DNA of 64,000 nucleotides from Candidatus Gorgyraea atricola (GTDB lineage Bacteria; Omnitrophota; Gorgyraeia; Gorgyraeales; Gorgyraeaceae): NCBI GenBank assembly GCA_030765235.1, contig JAVCCW010000025.1, positions 240 to 64,239 of the forward strand, read 5' to 3'. Shown piece by piece: positions 60,037 to 64,000 of this stretch (position 1 is its first letter; each line of letters starts with the position of its first letter). The notes under the pieces were generated by a model. It saw only the letters and a program-made list of their open reading frames with translations, ran no database searches and was not told where the DNA came from. The position numbers and the translations under genes were made by a program.

Positions 60037-60696
60037 ATGCTTATAAAGATACTGCGTTTTATAGGAAGCATCTTGCTTATCCCTGCATGCGTAGCGCTCA
60101 CCACGAGTTTCTACAAAGGGATAATATCAATAAAATACGTTTCAGAATCAGGGATTCTTTTTATATTAGGCGCATTAGCCTATTCTGTTCTGCACCTGGT
60201 CTTTGTCAAACTTGATTTTTTATATGTCCTTGGACACGAACTTACGCATGCGATAGCAACATTTTTTTCAGGCGGAAAAGTCAAAGGCATGAAAGTATCC
60301 AGTAGAGGCGGCAGTATAAGGACTACCACGCCCAATCTTTTTGTTGCCCTGGCGCCGTATCTTATTCCAGGGTATACAGTTTTTATAGCGCTTTTGTATT
60401 TTTTATTATCGTTCTTTACAGATGTAGACAGGTTTTCAGGCATTTTTATATTTCTAATAGGTTTTACTCTTATGTTCCATCTCTCTTACACTGCGCAGTC
60501 CATAAGAGAGAAGCAATCAGATTTGATTAAGTCAGGATATTTATTCTCTATATCCTTTTTGTACATAGTTAATCTTGTAATTGTATTTGCGATAGTAAGC
60601 TTTTTGTTCAATGTATCTTTTACGAATTTTTTGTCAGAGGCTTATGAGGGATCAAAACAGTTTTACTGTTATTCCTGGAAGCAGTTGTTTTTGTGA
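60037..60696 (+). CDS. Membrane protein with HExxH (M50-like peptidase)
   Basis: GHELTHA, LAPY, multiple TM helices. Confidence 0.75.
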   Translation: MLIKILRFIGSILLIPACVALTTSFYKGIISIKYVSESGILFILGALAYSVLHLVFVKLDFLYVLGHELTHAIATFFSGGKVKGMKVSSRGGSIRTTTPNLFVALAPYLIPGYTVFIALLYFLLSFFTDVDRFSGIFIFLIGFTLMFHLSYTAQSIREKQSDLIKSGYLFSISFLYIVNLVIVFAIVSFLFNVSFTNFLSEAYEGSKQFYCYSWKQLFL

Positions 60697-60701
60697 AGAA
60701 G

Positions 60702-60942
60702 GTCCTTCGACGCGCCAAATAATGCTTCGCATTATTTGGCTTGCTCAGGATCAATTTTGCTTCGCAAAATTGGAGAGATCGCATAGCCTGGCCTAGTGCG
60801 CGCGCTTGGAAAGCGCGTAGACGGGCAACCGTCTCCAGGGTTCGAATCCCTGTCTCTCCGCCGAATTTGCCGAAGGCAAATTCGATCCCGAGCAAGTCAA
60901 ATAATGTGACGAATAGGAACATTATTTGGCGTGTCGAGGGAC
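60702..60942. repeat. Inverted-repeat pair enclosing tRNA-Ser(GGA)
   Basis: 60702-60771 is an imperfect reverse complement of 60863-60942. Confidence 0.75.
60772..60860 (+). tRNA. tRNA-Ser(GGA)
   Basis: GGAGAGA/TCTCTCC acceptor stem, CGCGC-TTGGAAA-GCGCG anticodon arm, long variable arm. Followed by CCG, not CCA. Confidence 0.93.
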
Positions 60943-60982
60943 ATCTTGCGACGTTTGTGTAATGTGGAAGGTGTAATGTGTA

Positions 60983-62434
60983 ATGAAAAAATTTAGTTTA
61001 ATCACAATTTTTATTCTTCTACTTGGTATCGTAGCCATATTCTATATACAATTTCTCACCCCCACACTATATGGGGCGGATGGGTATTTGCATATTAGGA
61101 TGGCTGAGTTTTTGCGGGATCTTGGGCCGAGGTATGATTTTCACTGGGCAAGGTACTCTACCTTTAGCGAGAATTTTTCAGACAAGGATTTTCTGTTTCA
61201 CACGCTTTTAGTTCCATTTACAGGTTTTGAAAATATATTCTATGGCGCCAAGCTCGCGGCAGCATTATTTGCAGCGCTTTTGTTCTTTGTATTTTACCTG
61301 ATACTTAGGAAATATTCTGATAGGATCGTCTTGCCGTTTTTCCTTATCTTATTTTTCTTCTCAGACATGTTCTTGCAGGCAATATCCAGACCCAGGCCTA
61401 TCTCTCTCGTAATTTTAATAAGTTTAGTTGCCATACATCTTGTTATAAAAAAGCGGCATGGCCTGCTATTTTTGGTGGCACTTCTCTATAGTCTCGGCCA
61501 TATTACAAGCCCTTTAATCATTATCTACGCGTTAATAGTCGAGATTGTAAGATATGCAGATAAAAAGGAATTTTGCGCAAAGACGCTTCTTGTCGCATTT
61601 TCAGGCGTAGCGTTGGGTTTTCTAATTCATCCAAATGTCCCGAATAATTTCCTTCAATTTTATTTAAACTCGATTCTTGTACCGCTTTATACGATGAAGA
61701 CAGGTATCCTTGAGCTGGGTGCTGAGTTTTTCCCGATTAATACGCGGCAGTTTCTTTTAGGTTACCCGGTTATAGTAATAGGTGTAATTACTTTAATATT
61801 CGTTGGTATTTCTAAAAGGCCAAAGATCAGATTTGAGACCAAGGTATTTCTGACGCTGGGCATGGTATTTTTCATACTTTCTTTTATCTGTAGGCGCTAT
61901 CTCTTGCATGGTTATCCGATAATGCTCGTAGCCCTTGCATCATATTGTTCAGATTCTGAAATAAAAAACATCAGCAAAAAGGCAACTGTCTTTATAGTCG
62001 CTGGAATGCTGCTCTTAGGTTTTAATTCCTTTAAAGCTGTCAGATATAACGGCCTTGTTACAAAGATCGTAAACACGCACTACGAGAGATTCGGCAAGTG
62101 GATGAAAGACTATATTCCAGATGAAAAACTCATATTCCACGCCAACTGGTCTGATTCGCAATATTTCATAGGACTAAATCCAGACAATGATTACTTCGTC
62201 ACACTCGACCCTGTTTACATGTATAAGTGGAATCCAGAGCTTTACAAGTTGTACAGGGATGTCTCATTTGGAAATACTGACAATCCTTATGCTATACTAA
62301 AGAATAAATTTAAGATAAAATACGGCTACGTAGGCAAAAACTATTTCAAGGGCCTGATCGAACAAATAAAAGCAGATTCCAGATTCACAATACTAACCGA
62401 AGACAACTTCGGCATAATTTTTACACTAACATAA
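60983..62434 (+). CDS. Polytopic membrane protein, possibly a GT-C glycosyltransferase
   Basis: About a dozen TM segments, D-G-Y-L-H after the first TM helix, C-terminal soluble domain. Confidence 0.65.
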   Translation: MKKFSLITIFILLLGIVAIFYIQFLTPTLYGADGYLHIRMAEFLRDLGPRYDFHWARYSTFSENFSDKDFLFHTLLVPFTGFENIFYGAKLAAALFAALLFFVFYLILRKYSDRIVLPFFLILFFFSDMFLQAISRPRPISLVILISLVAIHLVIKKRHGLLFLVALLYSLGHITSPLIIIYALIVEIVRYADKKEFCAKTLLVAFSGVALGFLIHPNVPNNFLQFYLNSILVPLYTMKTGILELGAEFFPINTRQFLLGYPVIVIGVITLIFVGISKRPKIRFETKVFLTLGMVFFILSFICRRYLLHGYPIMLVALASYCSDSEIKNISKKATVFIVAGMLLLGFNSFKAVRYNGLVTKIVNTHYERFGKWMKDYIPDEKLIFHANWSDSQYFIGLNPDNDYFVTLDPVYMYKWNPELYKLYRDVSFGNTDNPYAILKNKFKIKYGYVGKNYFKGLIEQIKADSRFTILTEDNFGIIFTLT

Positions 62435-62444
62435 AGTTATTTTC

Positions 62445-62534
62445 GGAGAGGTGGCAGAGCGGCCGAATGCGGTGGTCTTGAAAACCATTATGGGCTTACG
62501 CTCATCGGGGGTTCGAATCCCTCCCTCTCCGCCA
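62445..62534 (+). tRNA. tRNA-Ser(UGA)
   Basis: GGAGAGG/CCTCTCC acceptor stem, GTGGT-CTTGAAA-ACCAT anticodon arm, variable arm, encoded CCA. Confidence 0.95.
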
Positions 62535-62537
62535 TGT

Positions 62538-62758
62538 GTCATTGCGAGGGCATGAAATGCCCGAAGCAATCCCACCAAATCATCATAACCCCTATATTTT
62601 CCAAGCACATATAACATCAGCTGACCTCAGCTAACATCAGTTTTCATCAGGCATACTTTGTCCATTTTTTGACATTTATGTGGTGGAAATGTGGTGGCCT
62701 TCTTCTGTCATTGCGAGTCCCTCGGCTTCACTCGGGATAAACTCCGCGAAGCAGCCTC
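62538..62758. repeat. Two GTCATTGCG-family palindromes (62538-62571 and 62707-62758)
   Basis: Same family as 10306-10346 and 10658-10709. Confidence 0.7.
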
Positions 62759-62820
62759 TATTAAAATATCTGAACATTACTGGGCTAATAAGATTTAATA
62801 GAGGCTTCATACGAATAATA

Positions 62821-62913
62821 TTGCAAGAAACCGTTTTCTGTGGTATACTTATTATATAAGATGTTACCCTTAAAGCGAATGTAACTTTTACCAAAAATAA
62901 AGGCTATTTTTTT
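62821..62913 (+). promoter_or_regulatory. Promoter and leader of the HEAT-repeat gene
   Basis: TTGCAA-17bp-TATACT (extended -10), weak hairpin plus T7 just before the ATG. Confidence 0.5.
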
Positions 62914-62922
62914 ATCTGCATT

Positions 62923-64000
62923 ATGATTAACTTTAAAAAAGCCTACTATTTGAAGATTATAGCTATAACAGTGACTGTGTTTTTGTTTTTTAACACTACA
63001 GTCTACGGTACAGATCTATCTGATATAAAACAGCTTAGAATTCCCCTTTCATCTTGCAGTAAGGGGAGACTTAGTAAAGCTTATGAAAGTTTCAGAAGGA
63101 CAAAGGAGAAATTAGGTACATTTTCTTATGTTGCAAACGGTAGAGACCAGGAACAAGAGCAGGGTAATAGAAATACTACCTCTTCTCAAAGACAACAATC
63201 TCAGCCTATTTTAAAGTCTTTTTCAAAATCCCTTTTTGGCCGCACGCCTTTTAGGTATAGAGCCTTTTTGTTTTTCATGCCAGGCCTCTTTACCTTTATG
63301 TCTATTTTAGATTTAAATGCCAATGCACTTTCATATACTCCAGCACCAGTTAGTTCTGTTGAAGTGGTAGAAGTTATTACTTATCAAGAGCAGCAAAGTC
63401 AAAAAGTAACACAGGAAAAGATAGATAGGTTAATAAAACAGTTAGACGAAGATACTACGCGAGATACTGCTATAGATAAGCTAGTCAAAATCGGAGAACC
63501 CGCAGTAAATCCTCTTATTGAATCATTGAGGAATATGGACAGCCCCGTAATTGGCGCCCGCATACCCACTATCATTGCCTTAGGTCTAATAGGCCATGAA
63601 AGAGCAGTAAAACGTCTCATTGAATTATTGGAAAGTCAGAGGTACCCTATTCGCGAAGCCGCAGACACTGCTTTAGTCAAGATAGGCGAACCCGCAGTTT
63701 CTGCTCTAACCAAGGAATTAAATTCAGATGATTGGTGGGTTCAGAAAACAATTGCCCGCATACTCGGCGATATAGGCGACTCTCGATCAGCCCCTGCATT
63801 AATAAAGGTATTGGGCGATAAAAATTCAGGTGTTCGAGAAAATGCCGCAAAAGCTCTTGGCAAGATAGCCGATACTCAAACACTTTCTGCCTTATTTAAC
63901 GAAATAACCAATGAGAGCTCTTCTATCAGAGAACATGCTAAGGAAGTCATTATTAATGTCAGCGGGAAATCCGCAGTTTACTTAACGAATGTCCTCTCCA
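62923..64000 (+). CDS. Exported HEAT/PBS-lyase repeat protein with N-terminal TTVYGTDLSDIKQLRIPL motif (partial, runs off window)
   Basis: Hand translation is open for 359 codons: MINFKKAYYLKIIAITVTVFLFFNTTVYGTDLSDIKQLRIPL...LVKIGEPAV...ALVKIGEPAV...VRENAAKALGKI. Not in the ORF track because no stop is reached. Confidence 0.85.
   Translation, partial: MINFKKAYYLKIIAITVTVFLFFNTTVYGTDLSDIKQLRIPLSSCSKGRLSKAYESFRRTKEKLGTFSYVANGRDQEQEQGNRNTTSSQRQQSQPILKSFSKSLFGRTPFRYRAFLFFMPGLFTFMSILDLNANALSYTPAPVSSVEVVEVITYQEQQSQKVTQEKIDRLIKQLDEDTTRDTAIDKLVKIGEPAVNPLIESLRNMDSPVIGARIPTIIALGLIGHERAVKRLIELLESQRYPIREAADTALVKIGEPAVSALTKELNSDDWWVQKTIARILGDIGDSRSAPALIKVLGDKNSGVRENAAKALGKIADTQTLSALFNEITNESSSIREHAKEVIINVSGKSAVYLTNVLS

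Noticed and set aside
60611-60962. ORFs spanning tRNA-Ser (also 16368-16730 over tRNA-Gln and 62426-62617)
   Set aside because: They overlap well-formed tRNA genes and repeats, so they are spurious.
62445-62534. Selenocysteine or suppressor tRNA
   Set aside because: The anticodon is UGA (reads UCA, Ser), not UCA, and it has a standard 7-bp acceptor stem.

Overview
Bacterial chromosomal window, almost all genes on the + strand. It is a diderm, and the gene content (LpxC-FabZ fusion, Zn-ribbon SpoVG, lpxI, archease-rtcB) suggests a PVC-superphylum organism such as Ca. Omnitrophota; this assignment is inference only. Most of the window is housekeeping: hisG, split transketolase, ispE-spoVG-tRNA-Gln-glmU-prs-rplY-pth-rpsF-ssb-rpsR-rplI-dnaB, bamA-skp-lpxD-lpxC/fabZ-lpxA-lpxI, GAF-ANTAR-queF-glnA, gdhA-carB-DUF1846-purF-like, mnmG-guaA, lpxB/msbA, rpsB-tsf-pyrH-frr, tRNA-Lys-archease-rtcB-serS and two tRNA-Ser genes. 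Accessory DNA lies at about 1-4.4 kb, 9.1-10.7 kb, 33.4-35.2 kb and 62.5-64 kb. Main observations: (1) Three otherwise unrelated orphan proteins share a signal peptide followed by a (TTVYGxDLSD)xxxLRxPL motif. Two of them also share a promoter and a leader terminator/antiterminator, and all three sit next to tRNA or tRNA-derived att sites. This is a candidate undescribed sorting/effector-export system. (2) There are repeated tRNA-Glu att remnants with conserved arm-to-core spacing. (3) A dual-hairpin ANTAR antiterminator lies upstream of gdhA, with a GAF-ANTAR gene next to glnA, and heads a possible direct-ammonia cluster whose PurF lacks the catalytic Cys. (4) A CxxC/RAPP arrest-peptide uORF precedes an outer-membrane barrel gene. 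(5) Many palindromic micro-elements occur, some inserted in frame in genes or wrapped around tRNAs.
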